NCBI GenBank assembly: GCA_951406725.2
Contig: OX597814.1
Location: 131,502,001-131,566,000, forward strand
Reading direction: 5' to 3'
Source: Octopus vulgaris
Taxonomy: Eukaryota
DNA: 64,000 bases
Positions within the stretch are counted from its first letter, which is position 1, and each line of letters opens with the position of its first letter. Shown in pieces: positions 27,100 to 40,771 of the stretch. Both the position numbers and the translations under genes were made by a program. The notes beneath the pieces are model-generated. The model ran no database searches. It saw nothing but the letters and a program-made list of their open reading frames with translations, and was not told where the DNA came from.

Positions 27100-27614
27100 C
27101 TCATCCTTCTTTCTCTCTCGTCATCCCTCTTCCTCTTTGTTTTCAGTCTCTAGTATTCTCTCCCCCACTCTGTAATCTACTCCCTTTCTCTCTCTTCTCC
27201 TCTTCCCCATCTCTCTCTTCTCTTCTCCCTTGTCTCTCTCTTCTCTTCTCCCCTATCTCTCTCTTCTCTTCTCCCCTATCTCTCTCTTCTCTTCTCCCCT
27301 ATCTCTCTCTTTCTTCTCCCCTATCTCTCTCTTCTCCTCTTCCCCATCTCTCTCTTCACTTCTCCCCTGTCTCTCTTTCTCCTCTTCTCCTTTCTCCTCT
27401 TCTCCCCTGTCTCTCTCTTCTCTTCTCCCCTGTCTCTCTTTCTCCTCTTCTCTTCTCCCCTACCTCTCTTCTCTTCTCCCCTCTCTCTTCTCTCTCTCTC
27501 TCTTCTTTCTCTCTCTCTGTCTTTCATATTTTCTCTTTTTTGACTCATGTATTCTCATATACTATTCTCTCGTATTCTTTCTCTCACTCTGTATTCCCCA
27601 CTTTCTCTCTATAG

Positions 27615-27670
<56 letters not shown>
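27100..27670. repeat. Polypyrimidine low-complexity tract (CTTCTCCCC-type units, then (CT)n)
   Basis: Direct observation. Confidence 0.9.
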
Positions 27671-27681
<11 letters not shown>

Positions 27682-27918
27682 TGGAATTTGGGGTATTAGC
27701 TGCACTTAACTAGGAAGTCTTGCAGACTCTTATAAGTCCTCCTCCCTTCACCTCTCTTTGTCTGCCAAGCTAAATAAGGAGCAGGTGCAAATTTGGATTT
27801 TATTGAATTATCTGTGAATTCAGAATCTATTGTCTGTGAAAACTCTAGTATCAAGTCGTGCTATTGTAGGGTGATGTTGCATAACAAACCAATCTTTTCA
27901 CTGTTTCTATATTCCTAG

Positions 27919-28103
27919 GCACCACATTAGACCAATCCTTCAAACCAGACAAACCAAAGAAAACGAAACCAGAGATAGGAGATCCTTCCCTCGTGTCTCC
28001 ATTTGCAAACCCTGTTAAAACGAAAGCAGCACTCCAAGCGGCAATGCAGACATCATGTTTTCCTGATGGCCTTGTAGTTCATATTAACAGAAGTCTAACA
28101 AAG
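27919..28103 (+). CDS. TGFBR3: TGFBR3-like exon 7 (Pro/Lys-rich linker + start of ZP-N: MQTSCFPDGLVVHINRSLTK), phase 1-0
   Basis: attcctag / gtaaat; first ZP-N cysteine. Confidence 0.87.
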
Positions 28104-28179
28104 GTAAATAATGTCAACGTTATAAATTTTGATTTTTCAGGCTCTTTAATTAATTTCATTGTTAGAAACAAAAGAGAAT

Positions 28180-28955
28180 TGTGGCTGTTGTGGCTTTCCA
28201 ACCACATGGTCCTGGATTCTGTCCCACTGTGTGGCACCTTGGACAAGTGTTTTCTTCTATAGCCTCAGGCCGACCAAAACCGTGTGAGTGAACTTGGTAA
28301 ACAAAGACTGAAAGAATTCTGTCATATGTGTCGGCGCAGAAGTGGCTGTGTGGTAAGTAGCTTGTTTACCAACCACATGGTTCCGGGTTCAGTCCCACTG
28401 TGTGGCACCTTGGGCAAGTGTATTCTCCTATAGCCTCGGGCCGACCAAAGCCTTGTGAGTGGATTTGGTAGACGGAAACTGAAAGAAGCCTGTCGTATAT
28501 ATGTATATATATGTATGTGCGTGTATGTTTGTGTGTCTGTGTTTGTCCCCCTAGCATTGCTTGACAATCGATGCTGGTGTGTTTATGTCCCCATCACTTA
28601 GTGGTTCGGCATAAGAGACCGATAGAATAAGTACTGGGCTTACAAAGAATAAGTCCCGGGGTCGAGTTGCTCGATTAAAGGCAGTGCTCCAGCATGGCCG
28701 CAGTCAAAATGACTGAAACAAGTAAAAAGAAAAAAGAAATATATTTTGTGTGTGTGTTTGTCCTCCACCACAAATTGACAATCAGGGTTGCTGTGTTTAT
28801 GTATCTGTAACTTAGCAGTTTGGCAATAAGAGACATAGAATAAGTACCAGTCTTAAAAAAAAATAAGCACCGGGGTCAATTTGTTCAACTAAAAGTCAGC
28901 AAGGTGGTGCCCCAGCATGGTCACAGTCTAAATACTAAAAGAAGTTAAAGATAAA
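28180..28955 (+). mobile_element. SINE A (28333-28735) nested in an older same-orientation SINE A
   Basis: Diverged 5' half before and diverged 3' half after the better-preserved copy. Confidence 0.75.
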
Positions 28956-29599
28956 AAGCTATGTTCTGTGGCTATTTGTCTCAACCTGTTAGAAATAGCA
29001 ACAAAATCTCCTCAGATCGCAAGAATAAAGGTGGCAAGCTGGCAGAATTGTTAGTGTGTCGGACAAGATGTTCAGTAGCTTTTCTTGCAGTGTTTCTGTG
29101 TTCAAATTTCACTGAAATCAACTTTGCTTTTCAACCTTTTGGGGTCAATAGAATAAGGTACCAGTTAGGTACTGCAGTCGATGTAATTGACTAAAACCAT
29201 CATCCTCGGATTACTGGCCTTGTGTCAAATTTTGAAATGATATTAAAGCTAAATAAAATCATGGCCATCCATACATACAAGCATATCCTTCATGGTCATG
29301 CCTCTGACTCCCTTTCTCAGCTGAGAGGTCCTTGTCTTGTGAGTTCGCAGGTGTTGGTGCCATATAAAAAGCATTCATGCCAGTGCCACATATATAGCAG
29401 CTATGGCAGTAGCATGCATAAAGCACCTGCACTGGTGCCATGTAGTAGCACTGGTGCTGGTACTATGTTAAAACAACCAGTACACTCTAAAGTGGTTGGT
29501 ATTAGGAAGGACATCCAGCCATAGAAACCATGCCAAAACAGACGATTGGGGAATTTCAACCATGTTTCGTGGTCTGCTACCACAACAGCTCCTTTATAG

Positions 29600-30260
29600 G
29601 ATCTAGCTAGCTCAAGACATCATCAGGAGGAACCATGTCCGGTTTCGACCCCTACTCCTCTACCGTTTTGACGTGCCCCCCCCCCCTTTTGGAGGTGTCT
29701 TCAGCTCTGGTGTTGGATGTATGTCTTCTTTCTTCTGTTCCCTGGCCTCTTCGATGTAGCGTCAAGAAATGCCAGTGGGCGACTGACTATCTTGTCAAAT
29801 TTCCCTTTAAATACCTGCTGCTAGGCTCCAGCAGGCAGCCCCAGCAAGTTGTCACGTGACACTGTCTCAACTTTAACTGACCAATGAAGGCGCATAGTCT
29901 TAGCCCACGCATTCTCTAAACGACCGTCACCTGTCAGTCAGCGAAGCTAATTCAGTGTCTGCCTGTCTCACCTAGTGATGTTATTTTCCTGCCAGCATGT
30001 TATGACTTTCAAGCCATTTTTGGTCTTCCCGCTTCAGCCATATATAGAAGCTAGCTTTTTCAACTGCCTCCTGTACTCTCCTTATTAGTTTTCTCAGCTC
30101 CGAGCTAGAAAAGACAAATCTTCTTTTGAATAGCGTTGTCATTTTTCTTTCAATGAAGCCCCTAGCCCCCACTGCCAGGTGGTAATACTTGACATTCCAT
30201 CCATGTTCTCTGCACTCTTCGATTAGTTTTTCATATCTCTTCTCCTTTTGTTTCTCTACA
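29600..30260 (-). mobile_element. 3' end of a restriction-like-endonuclease non-LTR retrotransposon (HERO-like)
   Basis: KEKRYEKLIEECREHGW...AVGARGF...EAVEKASFYIWLKR fits the K..Y..L..ECR..GW...VG.RGF...AS.W.WLKR C-terminus; 3'UTR extent approximate. Confidence 0.72.
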
Positions 30261-31046
30261 AAAAAAAAAAAGAGAAAGAAGAGAACCTGGTGCAGCTCTC
30301 TGGCTGGCCAGCTCTTGTCAAACCATCCAACCCATGCCAGCATAGAAAACCGACATTAAATGATGGTGGTGATTAAAACAAAGGATGAACACATTGGGAT
30401 AATATTACCATGGATATACAAAATGTATGATAGCCTTGGCTGGAATGCTTCTGATATTACTGCTTCTTGATCAGGGCTGGTTGTTAGCTAGACAACAGCA
30501 GACATCTGATAACAATTGAAGATAGAATCAAGCGAATATAGTCTAGTTGTCAATATTGGAAAAATTTTTTCATGTCTAAAAAGATTAGGTTAATAGTTTA
30601 AAGAATTATAATCTCATCAAGAATCGGTAAATATTTCTACTTCAAACTTGATAAGAATTAAATGGCAGTATTTCGTTTTGGTTTTAATTTTTTTAATTTC
30701 TTTAAAAAAATAATTTATTTCTTTTTAATTAAAAAAAAAATTATTAATTTATTTACATGTGACTTCTAATTTATGTGTGACTTCTGAGTTTAAATACTTG
30801 ACACCTGTTACACCTTTGCAATATCTTTTTGTGCCAGAACAAAATAAAAACAAATATTTGATTTTTAACCCTTCTGACTTGTAAGAGATGAGTAGTAAAG
30901 CAAGAAGGCCTATAAAGAATTCACTGTTGTTCCTCCCAAGAATGTAGTAGAAGCAAATGGAAAGAACCAGATTTTGGTGATTTAGCATATGCTACTGTTA
31001 CAAATCTAATAATAATGATGTTTACATTATCAATATGAATATATGT

Positions 31047-31850
31047 AGGTGTGGCTGTGTGGTAAGTAGCTTGCTTACGAACCACATGATTCCGGGTTCA
31101 GTCCCACTGCGTGGCACATTGGGCAAGTGTCTTCTACTATAGCCTTGGGCTGACCAAAGCCTTGTGAGTGGTTTTGGTAAACGGAAACTGAAATAAGCCC
31201 ATCGTATATATGTATATATATATGTATGTGTATGTATGTGTGTCTGTGTTTGTCCCCCTCCCAACATCACTTGACCACCGATCTTGGTGTGTTTACATCC
31301 CTGTACTTTAGCAGTTCGGCAAAAGAGTCTGATAGAATAAGTACTAGGCTTACAAAGAATAAGTTCTGGGGTCGATTCGTTCAACTAAAGGCGGTGCTCC
31401 AGCATGGCCACAGTCAAATGACTGAAACAAGTCAAAGAGAGAGAGAGAGAGTAAAGAGAGTATTGGTGTGTTTTGTTTATATTTTAATAACATTGTAGGG
31501 TATCTGTGAGTGGTTGCATGTGGTCGGTCGTAACATAAGACAGTTAAAATATTTGGGCTGGATTAAATGCTAAAGGGTTAAACAAATTCTCATTTTTCGA
31601 ATAATGGAATTATGATTGGAATTCCTATCAGACAAAACCTTCACCCAAGTTTTTTGTATGACTGATCTGGAAATTTCAACAACAAGGCGCAGGAGTGGCT
31701 GTGTGGTTAGTAGCTTGCTAACCAACCACATGGTTCCGGGTTCAGTCCCACTGTGTGGCATCTTGGGCAAGTGTCTTCTGCTATAGCCCCGGGCCGACCA
31801 ATGCTTTGTGAGTGGATTTGGTAGACGGAAACTGAAAGAAGCCTGTCGTA

Positions 31851-31897
<47 letters not shown>

Positions 31898-32118
31898 TTG
31901 TGTGTCTGTGTTTGTCCCCCTAGCATTGCTTGACAACCGATGCTGGTGTGTTTACGTCCCCGTCACTTAGCGGTTCGGCAAAAGAGACTGATAGAATAAG
32001 TACTGGGCTTACAAAGAATAAGTCCCGGGGTTGATTTGCTTGACTAAAGGCGGTGCTCCAGCATGGCCGCAGTCAAATGAGTGAAACAAGTAAAAGAGTA
32101 AAAGAGAGTAAAAGAGTA
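31047..32118 (+). mobile_element. Two full-length SINE A copies (31047-31460, 31685-32118)
   Basis: Colinear with 26043-26438. Confidence 0.85.
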
Positions 32119-32357
32119 AGGTGACCTCAAGCCAATGAAAGAAGGCCTTTGTATGAAATATCAACCCGCTAGATATACTACTGAAATCTCTCTCAATCAC
32201 ACACTAACATTTTGAATAAAGAAGGAAGTTTAATGTTTATATCTTACCGCATTTTATTTCTATTTTCTCGTGAATTTTAAGTAAACACCTGCACTTTATG
32301 TAAACCTGTCTTTGTAATATTCCTTTTTGTTCATTGTGCCTGTGGCACATAAAAGAA

Positions 32358-32391
<34 letters not shown>

Positions 32392-32413
32392 TAATAATAA
32401 TAACAATAACAAC

Positions 32414-33091
32414 AGCAAGAGCACTCAGAGAGTGCAAACCTCCACTAATGCAACACCGATGTCCTTACAACAATTAACCGGAGATGATTTTTAAAATGAG
32501 AATATCTATAATAAAAGCGATTGCTTTCACAAACGAGAATTCTAAAAGTGAACCCGATCGCTCTCAAGCGGAAAAATAATCCATATACCTTGTCTGGTAC
32601 CTGGTAGATTACAATGGGAATCATGGAATGTGCAAGTGGGTGTGCAGGCCGTATTTCTAATGGCGTGTGTGTGTGTGTGTGTCGTCTGGGTAATGAAAAT
32701 ATTTGCATGACTTGCGCGCATACATGTCGATAAGTCTTTGGGAGTCGCTATGTACAAGTTTTGGAAACACTGGTTGAAATGCAACACGAAGAAACATAAT
32801 TGCACATAAAAATTATAACTGTAATGAAATGCATACTGTATCGTGGTCTTAAATTCCAGTCTTCCTTTAGTAGTCCTGTTGTTTTAGATCAACGTATAGA
32901 ATTATGTATATGTGTAAGTATACTTTAAAGTGTTAAAATGTATGTATAAACCTCCTAATATAAGAATGAGCATTGTCTTTGTATATATATATTTGTGCGT
33001 GTGTGTATATATATATATATATATACATATTGTATACTCTCCCTATATATATATATGTATATATTTATATGTATATATGTATATATTTGTA

Positions 33092-33128
<37 letters not shown>

Positions 33129-33712
33129 ATATATATATATGTATATATATATTTGTATGTATGTATATATATATATTTATATATATATTTCCATGTATGT
33201 ATGTATATATATATATTTATAAGAATTTTTTGCATAATGAAATAAAAAAGCCAAGACTGTGTAGATATTAGAATATTCATAGATAGAAGGTCTAACAGCT
33301 GCTTCCTGGATATTTATTGATAATATCCCTTCATCGGAGGTGGTGTCACAGGATGGTTAAGTAATAGTTAGTTTAGATAGGATACAAAATAGTGAGGTGG
33401 GGGAAAGAAAATGGATGTGAGATATGTAGGGATATTGAATTTGTAAATCCATTTTTTTAGGCAGAATGGTATATATGTAAGATTCCAATACCCTATGAGA
33501 AAAATCCAACAGTAGTTAAAATTGTTTATTCTAAGTATAGAGTTTATACACAATGTAAGATTCCAATACCTTCCGAGTAAGATCTTACTCATCCCTGAAA
33601 GTTTCATCCAAATCCATCCAGCTGTTCTTGAGAGATCTTGTCCATGGACCAACAAGCAAACGGACAAACACGACTGAAAACATTACCTCTGCCTTCACTA
33701 AGGCAGCGGTAA
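32414..33712 (+). mobile_element. Possible Helentron-associated (HINE/DINE-1-like) element with nested repeats
   Basis: 5' gcactcagagagtgcaaacctcc, 3' aagtttcatccaaatcc...acaagcaaacggac, terminal hairpin TTACCTCTGCCTT-cact-AAGGCAGCGGTAA. Confidence 0.45.
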
Positions 33713-35192
33713 CAATAATCTTTTCTACTATAAGCACAAGAGCTGAAATTTGAGAGCAGGGGCTAGTTGATTACATCGACTCCAGTGTTTCACTGGTGCT
33801 TAGTTTATTGACTCCAAAAGGATGAAAGGCAAAGTCGACCTCAAAGGAATTTGAACTTAAAATGTAAAGACAGACGAAATGCTGCTAAGCATTTTGCCTA
33901 GTGTGCTAAAGATTCTGACTGTTCACTGCCATAGTAGTAGTAGTGTGGAGGCGCTATGACCCAGTGGTTAGGGCTGCGGACTCGCGGACTCGATTCGTAG
34001 ACCGAGCTTTGTGTGTGTTTATTGAGTGAAAACACCTAAAGCTCCACGTGGCTCCGGCAGGGAGTGGTGGCGACCCCTGTTGTACTATTTCACCCCTACT
34101 TTCTCTCACTCTTTCTTCCTGTTTATTTGATAATGCTGCGATAGCCTGGCATCCCGTCCAGCTGGGGGGAACACATACGCCACAGAAACCGGGCCCATGA
34201 GCCTGGCTAGGCTTGAAAAGGGTGCATAAATAAATAAATAAAGTATTATTATTATTATTAGTAGTAGTAGTAGTAGTAATAATAATTGTTTCAAATTTAG
34301 GTTCAAGGCTAGAAATTTCGGGGAATGTATAATAAGTCAATTACATTGACTTCAGTATTCAGCTGGTACTTATTTTATCGACCCTGGAAAGATGAAAGGC
34401 AAAGTCGACCTTGATGGAATTTGAGCTCACAATGTGAAGTCAGATGAAATGGCGCTAAGCATTTTAGCTGGCATGCTAATAATTTTTCCAGCTCACCACT
34501 GTAGTAATAATTAATAATCCTTTTGTACTAAAGGCACACAAGGCCTGAAATTTGTGGGGAGGGGACTAGTTGATTACATTGGCCCCCAGTGTTTCACTGG
34601 TACTTATTTTATTAATCTCCGAAATTATGAAAGGCGAAGTCAGCCTTGGCGGAATTTGAACCTAGAATGTAAGGATGGAAGAAATGCTGCTAAGCATTGT
34701 GTCCGGTTTGCTAATGATTCTGCTTGCTCACTGCCATAATAATAATAATAATAATAATAATGATGATGATGACAACGACGACAATGAGATGAAGGCGAAC
34801 AACAACAACATATATACTATATAAAGAAATAAAATCTGGTTCTTTTAAAATGAAAATTAAAAATTTGCACTACTGCAATTGAGACCATCCAAAAAGTCGC
34901 ATGATGTCTTTCTTGAGAATTTTGTAACCTTTTATCTCATTACCAAGACTTGAGTTAACATATGATGCATGCAAATATTAAATTTATATTGCTTTTGCAA
35001 TAATAAACAGTTTATTTTCTTTCCCAAATAGTCTTTTTTTTAAAATTTATTTTGGCTCTGTGTTTGTGTTTATGCATATGTGTTTGGAAGGGTGAGAGTA
35101 TGTGTGTGGTAATTTACTTTGATCTTTAATTTATTTATTTAGTAGTTTTAAAAGAAAATTTTTTTTCCTCTTTCTTGGTATTATTTCTTTAG

Positions 35193-35339
35193 ATGTATGG
35201 TTTGAAACACGATCAGATCACACTGGATGACCCAATCTGCCGTGCCGAGAAGATCAACAACTATTTTGTGTTGAGATCCAGCTACAGTGACTGTCAGACC
35301 ATTCCTCATAAAAGTTCTCCACTTAAATATTCTAATAAG
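35193..35339 (+). CDS. TGFBR3: TGFBR3-like exon 8 (ZP-N: ITLDDPICRAEKINNYFVLRSSYSDCQT...YSNK), phase 0-0
   Basis: ttctttag / gtaaga; LxDPxC...C.T...Y.N ZP-N signature. Confidence 0.92.
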
Positions 35340-35458
35340 GTAAGACTGTCATCTCCTATTGTGTGTGTATATACACACACACATACACACATGCACGCAT
35401 ACACATACATACATATATACACACACATATATATAGGTGGATGTTAAATGATGATGAT

Positions 35459-35506
<48 letters not shown>

Positions 35507-36595
35507 ATACATGTATATGAATATATATTTGTGTGTGTGTGTATGTATATATACATGTATGTATCATTATCATTATCATCTTCCATGCTAGTGTATATAT
35601 ATTTGTATATATATCTGTAGGTTTGTGTCATCTGAATGTGGTTGATGTCAGACCCCCAACCTTCCCGGCCCCGACTGGTGGCATGTAAAAGAACCAGCTG
35701 AATGTGGATAATGCTGGTGCATGTAAAAAGCATCCACTCCACTCTAGGAGAGGTTGGTGTTAGGAAGGACATCCATCTGTAGAACCTTGCATACGTACAT
35801 ATATATATATATATATATATTGACATAAAGGAGGCAGTCAGAATTTTGGATAATTCTTTATTAATGCTTTTGTTTATCAAATTCTTCAACCCAAAATCAA
35901 AATGTACAACAAAAAGAAAATGGAGAGGATACAAAAAAGACATAGATCAGCCTGTAGACATTCTATTGTATCTGTTTATTCCAAAAGAAAAGGGAGTATT
36001 ATAAGAATATATACACATGCGAAAACTGTGTGCTACACAAAATATATACTAGTAATACATAAAAGAGTAAAAGATTAAAAGATCAGTTCCTTACACGCAT
36101 GGCCATCTAATCATATATACCAGCACTTAGCAATCAAATTGCACCCTACTAATTGAGCAGAATAATAACAAATATGGAACACTATCTAATGGATTAAATT
36201 ATCAATTTATAAATATAAACCTTTATGTACATTTGGATAATTGAGTATAATACAGTGTAATTTACTAAAGCTAAACTGCCTAATACATGAGATCCATAAA
36301 TGTCTACACTCCATAACTGGCACATTTACCCGAATAAAACACCTCCTATTTGCATCTCCGTCTGATATTTTCTCTTCCCTCGGACCTAAATTAAATATCC
36401 AAATACAGAATCAATCAATTAATTATTTAATTTATTAAGCTGGAAATACTTGGGTTACCCCCCTTTATATGTACACTAATTTACCGTTAGATGTGTGTGT
36501 GTAAAGTTAATCCAAACAAGAAAGCACAAAAAAACACATCGACACGAGGACGTGGAACGAATATAATATTATTGGATGCTCAGGAAAGAAGAAGG

Positions 36596-36630
36596 GTTTA
36601 ACGTTTCGAGCGGAGCTCTTCGTCGAAAAC
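36596..36630 (-). ncRNA. Degenerate minimal hammerhead ribozyme motif
   Basis: GTTT-TCGACGA-A-GAGC tcc GCTC-GAAACGTT-AAAC; core deviates at positions 3 and 4. Confidence 0.5.
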
Positions 36631-37938
36631 ATAGGAGAAGGAAAGATTCAGAGAAGGGAAGACAGAGGGAAAAAAATCGCCAACAGTACACATGCTGTCA
36701 CATATGTATGTATATATATATATATATGTATGTATATACTTATACCTGTAAACATTTTCCTTCAAACTACTACCCCACTTAAATTAAACACTGAATTAAA
36801 CACTTAATTAAATAATTTAACACAGTGCTATCCACATCCATCATTCTATATTTTACTTGTATAGGTTTTAGCAATAAATAACTATAACTCAGATAATTGA
36901 TCCAGTCCGTTCCATTCAGAAAATCCTCCTTAATAAGCCTTCCGACAAAAATGAATCCTGTCTTTCTCCTATATTATGTTTAACAATATAGCTGATTCCC
37001 CTGATAGATATTTTACATTTTTATTTTATATTTTATACATTTGCATTAATCTATTTTTTCTTATGCTGTCCGTTATGATCACATCCCCTTAGTCATATTG
37101 CTTTAGTTATCATACTCACTCGCATACTCATTTATTTATTTACTTGTCTAAATTTAATTTAATTCAATCTAATCTAGTTTGACTGCTATTTTGCTCTCCT
37201 ACCTGCCCATAGTGGCCGCAGTGTTTTTATCCATTTATTCTTTAATTTAGTTATTTACTTATTTATTTATCTGATTTGTTTTTGTGTTATCTGTTAACCA
37301 TCAACAAACTGGAACCGCGTCATACTTTACAAAAAAAATAGCTGACCAGTTACGTTGCAGGACTAACCATCACCACTGCACACAAGGATTCAGGGACTTG
37401 TTGATCAAAAAAAATAACAAACACGAACACCGTACTTTGGTCATAAACACTACACACAAAGATTCAGGGATTTGTTGATCAAAAAAATAATGAACATGAA
37501 CACCGTACTTTGGTTACCACCTGGTGCCATACTTCTTTAGTACCAACTGACATATATATACACTTCCACCTCGGAAACACGGATCATACTTTCAAACCAT
37601 ACTTTCAAACCCACCACTGTAAACACAAACATAACATGTATTCATAAGTAAACAAAATAGGAACCACTGCTTAAATTTACCCTTCCTAAAAAAACTCATC
37701 CTTAGAATGAATATATCTACCTGCCCACCACTGGACAAAATAGCATGAAGTTTGGAAGGCAACACTTGAAGTCTATGACTTATTTTTCTTTCCTATACCT
37801 AATCCATTTCACTAAATTTTACTCCTCCCACACTCAAAGTCTGGATCCTATTCTTCTTATGTCCTCTTCAATATCAAAAATATACTGTACCTATTAGTAA
37901 CTGATTCTTGTATGTATCGGCTCTCCTAAACATTTAAA

Positions 37939-38063
37939 TCCTCTGATGAAGCCTAGAGGCACACACAACATCCAAACTCTATCTAACCATCCCTACAGAA
38001 CACTGAAGTGATGGAGCTAGCATGGAGGATATTGTGGCCTCTTGGCAGAAATGGCCATAAGGA
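37939..38063 (+). ncRNA. Type I hammerhead ribozyme motif with extended stem II and palindromic stem III
   Basis: TCCT-CTGATGA-A-GCCTAGAGGC...GCCTCTTGGC-A-GAAA-TGGCCA-TA^AGGA. Confidence 0.6.
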
Positions 38064-38864
38064 ACTGATCTTTTACTCTTTTATGTATTACTAGTATCCA
38101 CTGTGCTTGAGGAGACCTATTGAGTCAAGTACATGAACATCGATATATATCAATGGAAATAGTAGTTGTGATACCTGTGCCAGTGGCGCATAAAAAGCAC
38201 CATCCGAACGTGGCCGATGCCAGCGCCGCCTCGACTGGCTTCTGTGCTGGTGGCACATAAAAAGCACCATCTGAACGTGGCCGATGCCAGCGCCACCTTG
38301 ACTGGCTTCCATGCCGGTGGCATATTAAAAGCACCAACCGATCGTGGACGCTGCCAGACTCCCCTGGCACCTGTGCCGGTGGCACGTAAAAAGCTCCCAC
38401 TACACTCACGGAGTGGTTGGCATTAGGAAGGGCATCCAGCTGTAGAAACACTGCCAGATCAGACTGGAGCCTGGTGCAGCCTCCTGACTTACCAGACCCC
38501 GGTCGAACCATCCAACCTGTGCTAGCGCGGAAAATGGTCGTTAAAATATGATGAAGATTTGTGTAGCATGTGTATGTATTCTTTTAATACTCCCTTTTGT
38601 TTTGGAATAAACAGACACAATAGAACGTCTACAGGCTGATGTATGTCATTTTTGTATCCCCTCCATTTTCTTTTTGCTATTTAAATTAAGGGTAAACCAC
38701 TTTTTACCCCCGCCCATATATGACATTCGATTAAGGAAATTGCCACCCAATAATCAGCACTTGGGTATTAATAATTGGGCACACTACCAGCATTATATTG
38801 GATAGGTACTATCCCTTAGTTGGTTGGCTTCCCAACCTCTAAATCTCATGGAAATATACATATA

Positions 38865-38912
<48 letters not shown>

Positions 38913-39878
38913 ATATATATGTAATATGTGTGTGTATAAACACACACATACATGGTCGAGGGGGCATATTTCGACACATCTTTATTGCACTTTGACTATT
39001 ACCAACTCCCTTCACCTCTGTAGACCCCCCAGTTTGGTCCATTGAACATGTTTAACTTCTGAACTATCAGGTTGCCTTGTGTATTGACATCAGTTTGTTA
39101 ATTCATTTGCTTGAATGAGCAACTACCTACGGCTCTATCATCTCAGATCTCCACAGGATTCTGTGTTGCGTAATAGCATTCTGTTTACTAGTCTGAGTCT
39201 CAGACATATTTCACACGAGGTGAGTTCATTCCTAGCTTCTTGCTTCAGTGGAACTTGTGCTGTGGGGTTGAATATCAAATTTTTGGTACCGGTGTAAGTT
39301 CTCTCTTTCTGTGTCTGTGTACTTGTACAAGTTTATTTAGTTGCGTCTGTACATGTGCATATGTATGCATGTGTGTCTGTGGAAGGAGGCATATGTATGG
39401 CCATAGGAATATACATATGATATAGTTCTAAGTTTCATTGATAGATGTGGGTCAGTTGATGTATGAAATTAATGTTGAGTTTTGATGTTTGATAAAAAAA
39501 TGTGTTTTTAATGACTAATTCTTCTGTCTCTGGTGCACTGAGCTGGGCATATCTGATGTAATATGAACGAGGCTATAAATGTAAAGTTAGAACATGCCAG
39601 TAAATAAATAAAGAAATCCAGTCTCTCTCTCTCTCTCTCTTTCTTTCTTCCTCCCTGTTTTCCTCAATCTTTCCTCTTCCTCTATATTCCCCCTCTTACT
39701 TCATTGTCCTCCCGCTCCCATACGCAACCATTTAGATGTATGAAGAAACTCAAATGAACAGAATGATATTCAAGTTTTTAATATATGAAAGTTATTTGAT
39801 AATTTATAATTAAACAATTTCTTTTGTTTCTCTTTTCTTTTTTTTTCTTTTTTTTTTTTGTTGTCTTTTATCTTTCAG

Positions 39879-40130
39879 CTTAAAATTCACCACGCACGGA
39901 TATCACAGCCTTTACAACCTCTACAACCTTCCAAAGTGACTCAGTTCGAAGGTTCTGGCATTCGGAACGACGCCAGCGATGGCACCGACGATGATGATGA
40001 TGATAACTACGAGAAGAAGCAAGGTTCTGGCTCAGGCTATTTGCTTCCTCTCGATGACACACACATGGATGATGAAGACTACCGCTTCCAAAATATCATG
40101 ATTGATTTCAGCTGCTCCCCCAGCAAAAAG
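39879..40130 (+). CDS. TGFBR3: TGFBR3-like exon 9 (acidic GAG-attachment loop FEGSG...DDDDD...GSGSG; IDFSC), phase 0-0
   Basis: ctttcag / gtaaag; Ser-Gly dipeptides in acidic context; fourth ZP-N Cys. Confidence 0.9.
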
Positions 40131-40771
40131 GTAAAGGAAAATACTTAGTTAATAAACAATAAGGCTAATATTATCCTCACCTTATAAGAAATTCTTTGAG
40201 CCATCATACAAAGCGATTCCAATGATGCATGATTAAAATTAAAAGAAAACAACCTGGCCCCATTATTGAATAAACCCCAATACACAAAAACGACAACATT
40301 CTTATCCCCCCCCCACCATGTCCTCAAAAAAAGGGACCCAGTACACTGTACAGTGGTTGGCAGTAGGGAGGGCATCTAGCCATTGAAGCCATGCCAAAAC
40401 AGACAACTGGAGCCTGATGCAGCTCCCAGCCTTACCAGCTCCTGTTAAACTATCCAACCCATGCCAGCAGGGAAAAACGGATGTTAAATGGTTATTCTAT
40501 TCTAGGCACAGGGCCCAAAATTTAGGAGTGGGTGGAGGGGGAGGGGCAGTCGATTAGATCAATCCCAGTACATAACTGGTACTTAATTTATTGACCCCGA
40601 AAGGATGGAAGGCAAAGTTGACCTCGGTGGAATTTGAACTCGGAACGTAAAACACAGACGAAATACCGCCCAGTGTGCTAACGTTTCTGCCAGCTTGCTG
40701 CCTTATTGATACATGATATTCACAAAAGCAAAGCAAAAACAACCTTAAAAATGGTCAAACAAGTAAAGGAG

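Larger units (their letters stand above)
35910..38676 (+). mobile_element. Degenerate Penelope-like element with inverted terminal repeats (35910-36094 vs 38058-38097 + 38558-38676) and a hammerhead motif
   Basis: Inverted ~185-bp termini, the right one split by an RTE 3' end (38098-38557); CTGATGA...GAAA motif directly 5' of the right terminus; no intact ORF. Confidence 0.6.

Noticed and set aside
29615-29655. Hammerhead-like GAAAC...CTGATGA on the - strand in the HERO-like 3'UTR
   Set aside because: Stems I and II could not be formed convincingly
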